Notes under the pieces: model-generated | Told to the model about the DNA's origin: nothing | What the model saw: only the letters and a program-made list of their open reading frames with translations | Databases searched by the model: none | Part shown: one piece after another, positions 27,587-38,824 of the stretch | Layout: every line of letters starts with the position of its first letter | Numbering within the stretch: position 1 is the first letter of the stretch | Program-made: the position numbers and the translations under genes | Assembly: GCF_003334335.1 (NCBI RefSeq) | Contig: NZ_QOWQ01000023.1 | DNA length: 64,000 bases | Reading direction: 5' to 3' (one strand) | Origin: Escherichia coli | GTDB lineage: Bacteria; Pseudomonadota; Gammaproteobacteria; Enterobacterales; Enterobacteriaceae

Positions 27587-28780
27587 TTACATCACCGCAG
27601 CAAACGCCTTTGCCACACGTTGTACATTTGCCGTATTTAACCCGGCGACACACATGCGACCGCTGGCGATGAGATAGACACCAAATTCTTCACGTAGTCG
27701 GTCAACCTGAGCGGCACTTAAACCGGTATAACTGAACATGCCGCGCTGATTAAGCAGATAATCGAAATTGCGTTCTGGCATCTCTGTGCTTAATACCTTC
27801 ACCAATTCCTGACGCATTGCCAGAATGCGAGTACGCATCTCTTCTACTTCCGCCAGCCAGCTGGCTTTCAATGCCTCGTCATTCAGCACTGCAGCCACCA
27901 CCTGCGCACCAAAATTCGGCGGGCTGGAGTAGTTGCGGCGAACTGTTGCTTTCAATTGCCCCAGTACGCGGCCAGCGGCTTCGGCATCTTCACACATAAC
28001 AGAAAGTCCGCCGACGCGCTCGCCGTAAAGGGAGAAAATTTTCGAGAACGAATTGCTCACCAGAGCGGGTAATCCAGCGCTGGCAATGGCGCGAATAGCG
28101 TAGGCATCCTCTTCCATACCGGCACCAAATCCTTGATAGGCAATATCGAGGAATGGAATAAGCTCGCGGGCTTTGAGAATTTCAATCACCGCATCCCACT
28201 GATCATTAGTGAGATCGGCACCCGTTGGGTTGTGGCAACATGGATGCAGCAACACAATACTGCGGGCAGGTAATGTTTTCAGCGTCGCCAACAGGTCATT
28301 AAAGCGCACGCCGTTAGTCGCTTCGTCATACCAGGGGTAAGTACTCACTTCGAATCCAGCCCCGGCGAATATTGCTACGTGGTTTTCCCAGGTAGGATCG
28401 CTGACCCAGACGCCTGATTCCGGGAAGTAGCGTTTCAGGAAATCCGCGCCCACTTTCAATGCCCCGGAGCCGCCAAGGGTTTGAATGGTTGCTACGCGCT
28501 GTTGTTTCAGTACCGGATGGTCCGCACCAAACAGCAGCGGCGCAATGGCATGGCGATAGCAGTTAAGCCCTTCCATCGGTAAATAAAGCGAAGCGCCATG
28601 AGGCTGCGCATTCAGGCGCGCTTCCGCCTCCGCCACGGCTTGCAGTTGTGGAATAATTCCGTCTTCGTTGTAGTACAGACCGATACTTAAATTCACTTTG
28701 TCGCTGCGAGGGTCTTCTTTAAAACGCTCCATAAGCGTAAGAATCGGGTCGCCAGCGTAGGCGTCAACTTTTTGAAACAC
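27587..28780 (-). CDS. tyrB: Aromatic-amino-acid aminotransferase TyrB
   Basis: ORF trimmed to GTG start ([14 protein letters not shown]), 397 aa; PLP-dependent aminotransferase motifs. Confidence 0.95.
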   Translation of the reverse strand: MFQKVDAYAGDPILTLMERFKEDPRSDKVNLSIGLYYNEDGIIPQLQAVAEAEARLNAQPHGASLYLPMEGLNCYRHAIAPLLFGADHPVLKQQRVATIQTLGGSGALKVGADFLKRYFPESGVWVSDPTWENHVAIFAGAGFEVSTYPWYDEATNGVRFNDLLATLKTLPARSIVLLHPCCHNPTGADLTNDQWDAVIEILKARELIPFLDIAYQGFGAGMEEDAYAIRAIASAGLPALVSNSFSKIFSLYGERVGGLSVMCEDAEAAGRVLGQLKATVRRNYSSPPNFGAQVVAAVLNDEALKASWLAEVEEMRTRILAMRQELVKVLSTEMPERNFDYLLNQRGMFSYTGLSAAQVDRLREEFGVYLIASGRMCVAGLNTANVQRVAKAFAAVM

Positions 28781-28964
28781 GCGATGGTTCTCCAGGTTTA
28801 CGGGCAGGTGGTTAAAACACAATAAACCGGAAGAAGGCGAAGATCGAGTGGATGTTCAGGAGCGAACGGCAATTAGCAACAGAGTGAGACTCATGACAAA
28901 CGTACATCCGCCAGAGGCACGACCTTTATAAGAGCATGAAAGAACATCAACTTATTGAATTTTT

Positions 28965-28997
28965 AGGATTTTATTGGCCGGATAAGGCATTCACGCC
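28965..28997. repeat. Single REP element
   Basis: GGCCGGATAAGGCATTCACGCCGCATCCGGCAC between alr and tyrB. Confidence 0.6.
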
Positions 28998-29032
28998 GCA
29001 TCCGGCACAGACAATCAAATATTACAGAACGA

Positions 29033-30112
29033 TTAATCCACGTATTTCATCGCGACCCTTGAAGTCAGGCGCGTAATAAGTTCGTAAGCGCTTACTTTCG
29101 TCATTTCAGCGATACGTTCTACGGGCAAACCTTCGCCCCATAAAATGACCGGATCCCCGGCTTTGTCCTGCGCCTGTGGACCTAAGTCTACGCAGATCAT
29201 ATCCATCGCCACGCGCCCGACAATCGGTACTTCGCGACCGTTCACCAGCACTGGCGTACCGGACGGCGCGGCGCGCGGATAACCATCGCCATAGCCCATC
29301 GCGACTACGCCAAGACGGGTATCACGTTCGCTTACCCAGGTTCCACCATAACCAACAGGCTCTCCGGCTTTATGCTCACGCACGGCAATCAGGCTGGAGG
29401 TTAGTGACATCACTGGCTGACAGCCAAAATCGGCACCGGTGGAGCGATCTTCCAGCGGCGAGACGCCATAAAGAATGATGCCCGGGCGCACCCAGTCAAA
29501 ATGCGACTGTGGCCACAGCAGAATGCCACCCGACGCGGCAATGGAACGTTGACCAGGTTTGCCTTCGCAAAAGGTATTAAAGATAGCGAGTTGTTTCTCG
29601 GTTGCGCCACATTTTGGTTCATCCGCGCGCGCAAAATGGCTGACGATATTCACCGGCTGACGAACGTTTTTGCACTGGGTCAGGCGATGATAAAACGCCT
29701 CAGCCTGTTCCGGCCTTACGCCCAGACGGTGCATACCGGTATCGAGTTTCATCCAGACGGTAACCGGCTCGTCCAGGCTAGCCTCTTCCAGCGCAGCCAG
29801 CTGTTCTTCGTTATGCACGGCGGTATGAAAATGTTGCGCAGAAATCGTCGGCAGATCTCTGGCATCAAAAAAGCCTTCGAGTAACAGTACAGGTTTGGTG
29901 ATTCCCCCCGCACGCAGTCGCAGAGCTTCTTCGAGACGGGCTACGCCAAAGGCGTCAGCATCGGGGAGCGTTCGCGCGGTCTCAAGAAGACCGTGACCAT
30001 AAGCGTTCGCTTTCACCACCGCAACCATTTTACTGGCAGGGGCCAGTTCACGAAGACGTTGCAGGTTGTGTCGCAGAGCGCGGCGGTTAATCACAACAGT
30101 TGCCGCTTGCAT
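29033..30112 (-). CDS. alr: Alanine racemase (biosynthetic)
   Basis: 359-aa ORF with PLP-lysine motif [11 protein letters not shown]. Confidence 0.95.
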
Positions 30113-30164
30113 TTGTGTTCCTTGATAAGTGTTTGCTTTAATTACCTAATTCATAAAATAATTA

Positions 30165-31580
30165 TTATTCGTCGTCGTACTGCGGCCCCGCATAGTTGTC
30201 GAAGCGCGACCATTGACCGTTAAAGGTCAGGCGTACCGTCCCGATTGGGCCGTTACGTTGTTTACCGATAATAATTTCCGCGATGCCTTTTAAATCACTG
30301 TTTTCGTGATACACCTCATCACGATAGATAAACATGATCAAGTCCGCATCCTGCTCGATAGAGCCAGATTCACGCAGGTCGGAGTTGACCGGGCGTTTGT
30401 CGGCACGTTGTTCCAGAGAACGGTTCAACTGGGACAGCGCCACCACCGGCACGTTCAGTTCTTTCGCCAGTGCTTTCAGCGAGCGAGAGATTTCTGCAAT
30501 TTCCAGCGTACGGTTATCGGAAAGCGCCGGTACGCGCATCAGTTGCAGGTAGTCGATCATGATAAGCCCGATGCCGCCGTGTTCACGGGCAATACGGCGT
30601 GCGCGGGAACGCACTTCCGTTGGCGTCAGGCCGGAGGAGTCATCGATATAGATATTGCGTTTTTCGAGCAAAATACCCATGGTGCCGGAAATGCGCGCCC
30701 AGTCTTCGTCATCGAGCTGCCCGGTACGGATTTTAGTCTGGTCAACGCGCGACAGCGACGCCAGAGAACGCATCATGATCTGTTCTGATGGCATCTCCAG
30801 CGAGAAGATAAGTACCGGTTTATCCTGCAACATCGCCGCGTTTTCGACGAGGTTCATCGCAAATGTTGTTTTACCCATCGACGGACGCGCGGCGACGATG
30901 ATCAAATCCGACGGCTGCAAGCCAGCGGTTTTTTTGTTGAGATCGTCATAACCGGTGTTTACCCCGGTAACGCCATCGTGTGGCTGCTGAAACAACTGCT
31001 CAATACGCGCCACGGTTGCGTCGAGCACATCGGCGATGTTCTTCGGCCCTTCGTCTTTGTTCGCACGACTTTCGGCAATTTTAAAGACGCGGGATTCAGC
31101 CAGATCCAGCAGATCTTCGCTGGTACGCCCCTGCGGATCAAAACCAGCTTCGGCAATCTCATTCGCAACCGAGATCATCTCACGGACAACGGCACGTTCA
31201 CGCACGATGTCCGCATAGGCACTGATGTTAGCCGCACTTGGCGTATTTTTTGACAGCTCTGCCAGATAAGCAAAACCACCGACGCTATCGAGTTGCCCCT
31301 GGCGTTCCAGCGATTCCGCAAGAGTAATCAGATCGATAGGGCTACCGCTTTCCTGCAAACGCGCCATTTCAGTAAAGATATGACGGTGTGGGCGGGTGTA
31401 AAAATCGTCTGCTACCACACGCTCGGCTACATCATCCCAGCGTTCGTTATCTAGCATTAAACCGCCCAACACCGACTGCTCCGCTTCGATCGAGTGCGGA
31501 GGCACTTTCAGCCCGGCAACTTGTGGATCGCGTTCGCGGGGTTCAGCCTGCTGTTTGTTGAAGGGTTTATTTCCTGCCAT
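30165..31580 (-). CDS. dnaB: Replicative DNA helicase DnaB
   Basis: 471-aa ORF with Walker A (ARPSMGKT) and DnaB-family motifs. Confidence 0.97.
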   Translation of the reverse strand: MAGNKPFNKQQAEPRERDPQVAGLKVPPHSIEAEQSVLGGLMLDNERWDDVAERVVADDFYTRPHRHIFTEMARLQESGSPIDLITLAESLERQGQLDSVGGFAYLAELSKNTPSAANISAYADIVRERAVVREMISVANEIAEAGFDPQGRTSEDLLDLAESRVFKIAESRANKDEGPKNIADVLDATVARIEQLFQQPHDGVTGVNTGYDDLNKKTAGLQPSDLIIVAARPSMGKTTFAMNLVENAAMLQDKPVLIFSLEMPSEQIMMRSLASLSRVDQTKIRTGQLDDEDWARISGTMGILLEKRNIYIDDSSGLTPTEVRSRARRIAREHGGIGLIMIDYLQLMRVPALSDNRTLEIAEISRSLKALAKELNVPVVALSQLNRSLEQRADKRPVNSDLRESGSIEQDADLIMFIYRDEVYHENSDLKGIAEIIIGKQRNGPIGTVRLTFNGQWSRFDNYAGPQYDDE

Positions 31581-31662
31581 AGTGAATGGAGTTACCGAGA
31601 TAAAGAATGGGTCGAAACTTTATCATATGAAGCAGACCCTGACGATACGTTCTGGAGGACAC

Positions 31663-32646
31663 ATGGCAACACGAATTGAATTTCACAAGCACGGTGGCCC
31701 GGAAGTACTTCAAGCCGTAGAGTTCACTCCTGCCGATCCGGCGGAGAATGAAATCCAGGTCGAAAATAAAGCCATCGGCATCAATTTTATCGACACATAT
31801 ATCCGCAGCGGCCTTTACCCGCCGCCATCGCTACCCAGCGGATTAGGCACCGAAGCAGCAGGCATCGTGAGTAAAGTCGGCAGTGGTGTAAAGCATATTA
31901 AGGCAGGCGATCGTGTAGTCTATGCGCAGTCGGCGTTAGGCGCTTACAGCTCTGTGCATAACATTATTGCGGATAAAGCGGCGATTCTGCCTGCGGCAAT
32001 TTCTTTTGAGCAAGCTGCGGCATCCTTCCTGAAAGGCTTAACGGTTTATTATCTGCTGCGCAAAACCTATGAAATTAAACCCGATGAACAGTTCCTGTTC
32101 CACGCAGCGGCTGGCGGCGTTGGCTTAATTGCCTGCCAGTGGGCAAAAGCCCTGGGCGCGAAACTTATCGGCACCGTAGGAACCGCGCAAAAAGCGCAGA
32201 GCGCGCTAAAAGCGGGCGCGTGGCAGGTTATTAACTATCGTGAAGAGGATCTGGTCGAGCGGTTAAAAGAGATCACCGGCGGTAAGAAAGTGCGCGTGGT
32301 GTACGATTCCGTGGGCAGAGACACCTGGGAACGGTCGCTGGATTGCCTGCAACGCCGCGGCTTAATGGTCAGTTTTGGCAACTCATCAGGTGCGGTTACC
32401 GGTGTGAACTTAGGCATTCTCAATCAAAAAGGCTCGTTGTATGTGACACGCCCTTCCCTGCAAGGCTATATCACCACGCGGGAGGAATTAACCGAGGCCA
32501 GTAATGAACTGTTCTCTTTGATTGCCAGCGGTGTGATTAAGGTCGATGTCGCCGAGCAGCAGAAATATCCGCTGAAGGATGCGCAGCGTGCGCATGAGAT
32601 TCTGGAAAGCCGGGCGACGCAAGGTTCCAGCCTGCTGATTCCATAA
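31663..32646 (+). CDS. qor: NADPH:quinone oxidoreductase
   Basis: ORF 31555..32646 trimmed to MATRIEFHKHG (327 aa); MDR/zeta-crystallin fold. Confidence 0.9.
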   Translation: MATRIEFHKHGGPEVLQAVEFTPADPAENEIQVENKAIGINFIDTYIRSGLYPPPSLPSGLGTEAAGIVSKVGSGVKHIKAGDRVVYAQSALGAYSSVHNIIADKAAILPAAISFEQAAASFLKGLTVYYLLRKTYEIKPDEQFLFHAAAGGVGLIACQWAKALGAKLIGTVGTAQKAQSALKAGAWQVINYREEDLVERLKEITGGKKVRVVYDSVGRDTWERSLDCLQRRGLMVSFGNSSGAVTGVNLGILNQKGSLYVTRPSLQGYITTREELTEASNELFSLIASGVIKVDVAEQQKYPLKDAQRAHEILESRATQGSSLLIP

Positions 32647-32654
32647 AAGAAATA

Positions 32655-32685
32655 GGGCTTCCACCTGGGAAGCCCTTTCTTTTTA
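32655..32685 (+). terminator. Rho-independent terminator after qor
   Basis: GGGCTTCC-ACCTG-GGAAGCCC followed by TTTCTTTTTAT. Confidence 0.6.
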
Positions 32686-32811
32686 TAGTTCGGCTGTATG
32701 TAGGGTACAGCACGATGAATCTGTTAGAGGCGCAATAGTGACAGATTTGATTATCAATTCCTATTTTGTTCTAAGGATAAAACCTTAGGTTGTGATCATC
32801 CGCACAATCCC

Positions 32812-33054
32812 TTAGTAACGCCAGCGGTCATAACGCTGATATTTCGGCACTTTTGGTGCTTTAATCGCCTTAATAACCCACACCACCGCAATCGCCAGTA
32901 GTAACCACGGCAGCAACTTAATCATCAATGCCAGCATACCGCCGAGGAACATAATGGCCGTCGCCACAACCAGCGCGGCGATAATGCCCAGCAACGAAAC
33001 GCCGGTGACCATCAGCATGACAAAAAAGCCAATCACAAAAAGTAGTTCCAGCAT
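32812..33054 (-). CDS. pspG: Phage-shock protein G
   Basis: ORF trimmed to MLELLFVIGFF (80 aa); two TM helices. Confidence 0.85.
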   Translation of the reverse strand: MLELLFVIGFFVMLMVTGVSLLGIIAALVVATAIMFLGGMLALMIKLLPWLLLAIAVVWVIKAIKAPKVPKYQRYDRWRY

Positions 33055-33088
33055 GATGCTCTCCCAAATATGAAATCTCTTGCTGGCA

Positions 33089-33104
33089 TTACAAGAATCA
33101 TGCC
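33089..33104 (-). promoter_or_regulatory. Candidate sigma54 (-24/-12) promoter of pspG
   Basis: On minus strand TGGCATGATTCTTGTA, near TGGCAC-N5-TTGCA, about 35-50 bp upstream of pspG ATG. Confidence 0.4.
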
Positions 33105-33187
33105 AAAAATAATCTATTGATTTAACAGCAAAACGCCCCGCGACGGTGCGCAGGGCGTGGTGAATTTGACTACTTTTTGGTGAAAAG

Positions 33188-34180
33188 TTAACGCTTATCC
33201 GCCACCAGTTTGAGCGCGTGTTCCAGCACATTAATGTCTGCACCCGCTTTATGGGCATTTTCACTTAAATAACGCCGCCACTGCCGCGCGCCAGGAATAC
33301 CCTGGAACAAGCCCAACATATGCCGGGTAATATGGCCGAGATACGTCCCCTGGCTGAGTTCACGCTCAATGTACGGATACATGGCGCGCACTACCGCCAC
33401 CGGATCGGCATCGGTATCCGAGGAACCAAAGATCTCCCGGTCTACCGCCGCCAGAATACCCGGATTCTGATACGCCTCGCGCCCGACCATCACGCCATCC
33501 ATATGTTGCAGGTGTGCTTTGGCCTCTTCCAGCGACTTGATACCACCGTTAATCGACATTGTCAGATGCGGAAAGTCACGCTTCAGTTGATACACACGCG
33601 GATAATCGAGCGGCGGGATTTCACGGTTTTCTTTCGGGCTTAACCCCGAAAGCCAGGCTTTACGTGCGTGGATGATGAACATCTCACACTCGCCTTTGCC
33701 GGAAACGGTATTGATGAAATCGCAGAGAAATTCATAGCTGTCCTGGTCGTCGATGCCAATACGCGTTTTCACCGTCACCGGAATCGACACCACATCGCGC
33801 ATCGCTTTCACGCAGTCGGCAACCAGCTGCGCATTACCCATCAGACACGCACCAAACATGCCGTTCTGCACCCGGTCAGACGGGCAGCCGACATTCAGGT
33901 TGATCTCATCATATCCGCGCGCTTCTGCCAGCTTTGCACACTGCGCCAGCGCCGCCGGATCGCTACCGCCCAGTTGCAACGCTACCGGATGTTCTTCTTC
34001 ACTGTACGCCAGATAATCACCTTTACCGTGAATAATCGCCCCTGTGGTCACCATTTCGGTATACAGCAACGTATTGCGGGAAAGCAGACGCAAGAAATAG
34101 CGGCAATGTCTGTCCGTCCAGTCGAGCATTGGTGCAACGCTAAACCGACCACTCCAGTGAACGTCAGTTTTTTCAGGCAT
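33188..34180 (-). CDS. dusA: tRNA-dihydrouridine synthase A
   Basis: ORF recognised as DusA; 330-aa start (MPEKTDVHW) chosen, in-frame upstream starts extend to 34231. Confidence 0.88.
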   Translation of the reverse strand: MPEKTDVHWSGRFSVAPMLDWTDRHCRYFLRLLSRNTLLYTEMVTTGAIIHGKGDYLAYSEEEHPVALQLGGSDPAALAQCAKLAEARGYDEINLNVGCPSDRVQNGMFGACLMGNAQLVADCVKAMRDVVSIPVTVKTRIGIDDQDSYEFLCDFINTVSGKGECEMFIIHARKAWLSGLSPKENREIPPLDYPRVYQLKRDFPHLTMSINGGIKSLEEAKAHLQHMDGVMVGREAYQNPGILAAVDREIFGSSDTDADPVAVVRAMYPYIERELSQGTYLGHITRHMLGLFQGIPGARQWRRYLSENAHKAGADINVLEHALKLVADKR

Positions 34181-34519
34181 TGCGCTGGTTTGGTTGATTT
34201 TTTGCATTTCAGAATTACCGTGCATTTTCAAATGTAGAGATTATTTTATCGATATATCATGGGGTTATGTTATTCAGCATCACTATTCAGGAGGCTCAAT
34301 AGCGGGGTACTATACCATAACAACAGGAAGCGCCTGTCTCATTGCAAAAGAAAATTGAGATCCTCTCAAGGCATGAAGCTCTCACGAAGTGATGGAAATA
34401 ATCTTATTAGCCGTTAACTTTGTTAAGGCCAATGATAAACAATCCAGGTTCGACGATAAATAAAAAATCACACATTAAACTCTGGTGATATATCTCCCTG
34501 CTAATAGCATTGATAGAGA

Positions 34520-34550
34520 AAAAAGAACCCAATAAATATTGGGTCCTTTT
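34520..34550. terminator. AT-rich hairpin flanked by A/T runs downstream of yjbM
   Basis: ACCCAATA-AA-TATTGGGT with AAAAAA before and TTTT after. Confidence 0.4.
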
Positions 34551-34587
34551 ATATAATGCCTTCCATACTATCGAAGAACTTCACATA

Positions 34588-35295
34588 TTATTTCTCCGAT
34601 TTAACCCCGAACAAATCATAAATTAATTTAGAAGTGTCTGTAAGTATTTTAATCTCTTCCTTTGAGGTTGGGTCAAACGACTTCGCGAAGCTAATTAATT
34701 GTGGTGCAGCATCTCGCATTTTGCTTAAAATATCAGGATCGAGCGTTCCTTCATTCACCAGATGTGACATCTTATCCAGATAGCCATCAAAATTCATTTC
34801 TCCCCCATCAGCCAGACGCTTCATCTCTCCCAGGTACTTCTTCATATCACGTTGAGATAATTTTTCAAACTGAGCTTTCAGGTAGCTCTCATTATTTTCA
34901 TTAATATACACTGTTTCTGATAAATCTGCGTAGGCACTAGAATATGAAAGTGAAATTAACAGCGAAGCAAATAATTTTAAGCTGTTGTCATCATGTTCCT
35001 GGCAGGCATTAACAAACGTTAAAAAACCAGAACCTATTGCTTGAAAATGTATATTCGCTAAAGGTTCATTATCCTTAGATTCCTCATAAAATAGCTGAAC
35101 CGTGGAGGGAAGGTCATTCTTAGTTTCTACATCAAAAGTACATTGTTCAATGGGCATTGCATCTTTATTATCCCCAGGATTACATATACTATTAATCGCG
35201 AAATGAAAAATAGCCCGGTCAACAACTGATGCAATAAAGTCACGATCGTTTAAATCCTCATCAGTGCAATCGTCAATATACTTATTGACCCACAT
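34588..35295 (-). CDS. yjbM: Uncharacterised acidic cytoplasmic protein YjbM
   Basis: ORF starts GTG at 35328; ATG at 35293-35295 gives 235 aa; AT-rich codon usage. Confidence 0.7.
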   Translation of the reverse strand: MWVNKYIDDCTDEDLNDRDFIASVVDRAIFHFAINSICNPGDNKDAMPIEQCTFDVETKNDLPSTVQLFYEESKDNEPLANIHFQAIGSGFLTFVNACQEHDDNSLKLFASLLISLSYSSAYADLSETVYINENNESYLKAQFEKLSQRDMKKYLGEMKRLADGGEMNFDGYLDKMSHLVNEGTLDPDILSKMRDAAPQLISFAKSFDPTSKEEIKILTDTSKLIYDLFGVKSEK

Positions 35296-35318
35296 TTTGA
35301 GATCATTTATTTGCACAA

Positions 35319-35573
35319 TTAAAAACACATTTTTTTACGTGCATGCCATAAATTATGCGTGATTCGTTGAATAAACAAATCTATTTTTGCAATAATTATA
35401 TCCCGATGACGCAGCGCTGCATAATCAATAGATTTACCATATATATTATTTAATTTACCTTTGATTGAACCTCTATTATCTAATTTATCTTTGATTGCAT
35501 CTTCATTATCGAATTGATTTGAATTGAGTGTTTTATTAAAGTATCCAGTTGCACCGGGTATTATCTTCAACAT
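35319..35573 (-). CDS. yjbL: Uncharacterised small protein YjbL
   Basis: 84-aa ORF 23 bp upstream of yjbM, same strand; AT-rich. Confidence 0.65.
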
Positions 35574-35890
35574 GATTCATCTACCTTTTTTGTCGTACCG
35601 TGTCCTCCTTATAATTCTTTTGCCATCTGGTCACTATCAAAAATCGCTCATAATTTCTGAACTACAGGTATGCGTTTAAACCCAGTTAAATAAATAGCGA
35701 GTTAACTTGAAGCAATTTATTTAAAAATGAATTATTAATTATTATCGTGTTGATAATGGTACGACAAGGCAACATAACACCTTACCTACAAAACAGAAAA
35801 TCAACATTACGGCAACAATAAGGGTTCTCGGTGTTTTTCCTGGAACATGGTAAAGTAAGGACATTCTTAACCCCCACTTTGAGGTGCCCG

Positions 35891-36406
35891 ATGGAAAAGA
35901 CCACAACGCAGGAGTTATTAGCGCAGGCTGAAAAAATCTGCGCGCAGCGTAATGTGCGCCTGACCCCACAGCGCCTGGAAGTGTTGCGCCTGATGAGTCT
36001 GCAGGATGGCGCTATCAGCGCTTATGATCTGCTTGATTTACTGCGCGAAGCTGAACCGCAAGCCAAGCCGCCAACGGTTTATCGCGCGCTGGATTTTCTG
36101 CTTGAGCAAGGTTTTGTGCATAAGGTGGAATCCACCAACAGTTATGTGCTCTGTCATCTGTTCGATCAGCCCACCCATACGTCAGCCATGTTTATTTGCG
36201 ATCGCTGCGGCGCAGTGAAAGAAGAGTGTGCAGAAGGCGTGGAAGACATTATGCATACGCTGGCGGCAAAAATGGGGTTTGCCCTGCGGCATAATGTGAT
36301 TGAAGCACATGGGCTCTGTGCGGCATGTGTAGAAGTGGAAGCGTGTCGTCATCCTGAACAGTGCCAGCATGATCACTCTGTGCAGGTGAAAAAGAAACCG
36401 CGTTAA
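35891..36406 (+). CDS. zur: Zinc uptake regulator Zur (Fur family)
   Basis: ORF 35831..36406 trimmed to MEKTTTQELL (171 aa); Cys/His metal-binding clusters. Confidence 0.92.
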   Translation: MEKTTTQELLAQAEKICAQRNVRLTPQRLEVLRLMSLQDGAISAYDLLDLLREAEPQAKPPTVYRALDFLLEQGFVHKVESTNSYVLCHLFDQPTHTSAMFICDRCGAVKEECAEGVEDIMHTLAAKMGFALRHNVIEAHGLCAACVEVEACRHPEQCQHDHSVQVKKKPR

Positions 36407-36447
36407 GAGGGCGTACATCCTTGTACACGTCGGGCAGGAGGGATTAA

Positions 36448-36657
36448 TTACCAGCGATATTCATTGCGGGTTTCCCAATCCACGACCTCTTTTTCTGCCT
36501 GATCTTTCTGATAACCATAACGTTCCTGGATTTTACCGACCAGTTGATCACGTTTACCTTCAATGATCGTCATATCATCATCGGTCAGTTTGCCCCATTG
36601 CTCTTTCACTTTACCTTTAAACTGTTTCCAGTTACCGCCGGCTTCATCTTTATTCAT
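36448..36657 (-). CDS. yjbJ: CsbD-like stress protein YjbJ
   Basis: ORF trimmed to MNKDEAGGNW (69 aa). Confidence 0.85.
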   Translation of the reverse strand: MNKDEAGGNWKQFKGKVKEQWGKLTDDDMTIIEGKRDQLVGKIQERYGYQKDQAEKEVVDWETRNEYRW

Positions 36658-36772
36658 AATCAAGACCTCATCGTTAGGTTGTGAATGAGAGTACGTTCAC
36701 TTTTCTTCTGAACGTGAGATTAAGTGTAGTCAGCAATTTGGCTTAGGATTATTTATTCAGAATTTTTAACCG

Positions 36773-38152
36773 TCACGTTGCGGCAAACCAGGTACCATTG
36801 CGCCAGTGACGCCGCCAGATAGCCGCCAGAGAAAGCCCGCGCAACGCCAGAAAGACGGTTAATGCCAGCCACAAAGCATGATTACCCAGCCACGGCAGCG
36901 TAAGGAGCGTCAGCGCAAAACCTGCGGCGGCCACCGCCATACTGTTACGCATTTCGGTGGCACGCGTTGCGCCTATAAACATGCCGTCCAGCAGATAACA
37001 CCAGACGCCAACCACCGGCAAAATCACCTGCCAGATAAGATAGCGGTCAGCCAGCTGCTGAATCTGGGTTAACGACGTCAGTAACGCAATGATGTGTTCC
37101 CCAGCCAGCAAATAAACCACCGAAAACAGTAACGCTACGATCCCCGACTGGCGGCACGCTGCCCGCCAGACATCCAGCAACTGGCTACCGTCGCGCGCAC
37201 CGTATGCCTGACCGGAGTGCGCTTCAACCGCGTAGGCAAAACCATCCAGCGCATAGGCGGTAAAGGTGAGTAGCGTCATCAGAACCGCGTTAACAGCGAT
37301 AATGTCACTCCCCAGTCGCGCGCCAAGTACGGTGATCGCGCCGAAACAGAGTTGCAACAACAGCGAACGCAGCATGATATCGCGGTTAAGCGCCAGCAAG
37401 CGACGGAAGTTTCCTCGCCAGGCAGTTTTCAGCATTTCGCCGGAAATTCCGCGTAGTTTGAGGATTTTACGCACCATTAGCAGACCAATCAGCAATGTTG
37501 CATATTCCGCAATAACCGTCGCCAGCGCCGCGCCCTGCACGTTCATATGCAGCCCCATCACCAGCCAGACATCCAGCACAATGTTGAGGATATTGCCGAC
37601 CACTAACAAAATTACTGGCGCACGGGCATATTGCACGCCGAGTAACCAACCGAGTAATACCAGATTCGCCAGCGACGCCGGTGCGCTTAACCAGCGGATT
37701 TCAAGAAAGCGCCGCGCCTGTTCCAGGACTGCCTCACTACCGCCAACAATATGCAGCGCCAGATCGATAATCGGCGTACGCAGCAGCGCAATTAACGCCC
37801 CAGCCCCCAACGCCAACAGCAACGGTTGCACCAGCGTACGGGCTAATGCCTGAGGATTTTTGGCACCATAAGCCTGCGCAGTCAGCCCGGTGGTGCTCAT
37901 GCGTAAAAACAGCAACAGCATAAAGAGAAAGCTGGTCGCCGTTGCACCAACCGCCACGCCGCCCAAATAAACCGGGCTATCAAGATGACCAATTACCGCC
38001 GTATCGACCAGTCCCAGCAACGGAACGGTGATATTGGAGAAAATCATGGGTAAGGCGAGATGCCAGAGTGCTTTATCAGATGAAGTGAGGAATGCCATGC
38101 AGACAAGCCTGATGAAGAGAGATGAAAAACAAACCGCGACGCCAGGCGGCAT
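36773..38152 (-). CDS. dinF: MATE-family efflux protein DinF (lexA-dinF operon)
   Basis: 459-aa polytopic ORF immediately downstream of lexA; native start may be 18 codons further in. Confidence 0.85.
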   Translation of the reverse strand: MPPGVAVCFSSLFIRLVCMAFLTSSDKALWHLALPMIFSNITVPLLGLVDTAVIGHLDSPVYLGGVAVGATATSFLFMLLLFLRMSTTGLTAQAYGAKNPQALARTLVQPLLLALGAGALIALLRTPIIDLALHIVGGSEAVLEQARRFLEIRWLSAPASLANLVLLGWLLGVQYARAPVILLVVGNILNIVLDVWLVMGLHMNVQGAALATVIAEYATLLIGLLMVRKILKLRGISGEMLKTAWRGNFRRLLALNRDIMLRSLLLQLCFGAITVLGARLGSDIIAVNAVLMTLLTFTAYALDGFAYAVEAHSGQAYGARDGSQLLDVWRAACRQSGIVALLFSVVYLLAGEHIIALLTSLTQIQQLADRYLIWQVILPVVGVWCYLLDGMFIGATRATEMRNSMAVAAAGFALTLLTLPWLGNHALWLALTVFLALRGLSLAAIWRRHWRNGTWFAAT

Positions 38153-38170
38153 CGCGGTCTCAGAGATATG

Positions 38171-38779
38171 TTACAGCCAGTCGCCGTTGCGAATAACCCC
38201 AACCGCCAGCCCTTCAATGGTGAAGCTCTGCTGACGAAGGTCAACGACAATTGGTTTAAACTCGCTATTTTCTGGCAACAGTTCGACTTTATTGCCCTGT
38301 TTTTTCAGGCGCTTAACGGTAACTTCGTCATCAATACGTGCGACAACGACCTGACCGTTACGTACATCCTGAGTTTTATGCACTGCCAGCAAGTCACCAT
38401 CCATAATGCCGATATCTTTCATCGACATCCCGCTGACGCGCAGCAGGAAATCAGCATTCGGCTTGAATAAGGAAGGATCGACCTGATAATGACCTTCAAT
38501 ATGCTGTTGCGCCAGAAGTGGTTCACCGGCAGCCACACGACCTACCAGCGGCAACCCTTCTTCCTCTTCCTGCAACAGACGAATCCCGCGTGATGCGCCG
38601 GAAACAATTTCAATAACGCCTTTGCGTGCCAGCGCCTTCAGATGTTCTTCAGCCGCGTTTGGGGAACGGAACCCCAAACGCTGCGCGATTTCCGCACGCG
38701 TCGGCGGCATACCTGTCTGGCTGATGTGATCACGGATGAGATCAAACACCTCTTGTTGCCTGGCCGTTAACGCTTTCAT
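38171..38779 (-). CDS. lexA: SOS repressor LexA
   Basis: 202-aa ORF with Ala-Gly cleavage site and Ser/Lys catalytic dyad. Confidence 0.97.
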   Translation of the reverse strand: MKALTARQQEVFDLIRDHISQTGMPPTRAEIAQRLGFRSPNAAEEHLKALARKGVIEIVSGASRGIRLLQEEEEGLPLVGRVAAGEPLLAQQHIEGHYQVDPSLFKPNADFLLRVSGMSMKDIGIMDGDLLAVHKTQDVRNGQVVVARIDDEVTVKRLKKQGNKVELLPENSEFKPIVVDLRQQSFTIEGLAVGVIRNGDWL

Positions 38780-38787
38780 TCCGCCCC

Positions 38788-38824
38788 CTGGGTGTATATA
38801 CAGTTATGCTGTGAGTATATACAG
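38788..38824. promoter_or_regulatory. Tandem LexA boxes in lexA promoter
   Basis: CTGTATATACTCACAG and CTGTATATACACCCAG (lexA strand), 5 bp apart, just upstream of lexA. Confidence 0.8.

Noticed and set aside
28781..29032. TyrR boxes upstream of tyrB
   Set aside because: Expected from known regulation, but I could not find a convincing TGTAAA-N6-TTTACA match by eye, so no feature is reported.
35742..35969. 75-aa minus-strand ORF overlapping the zur start
   Set aside because: Overlaps the well-supported zur start and promoter region; no RBS or other support.
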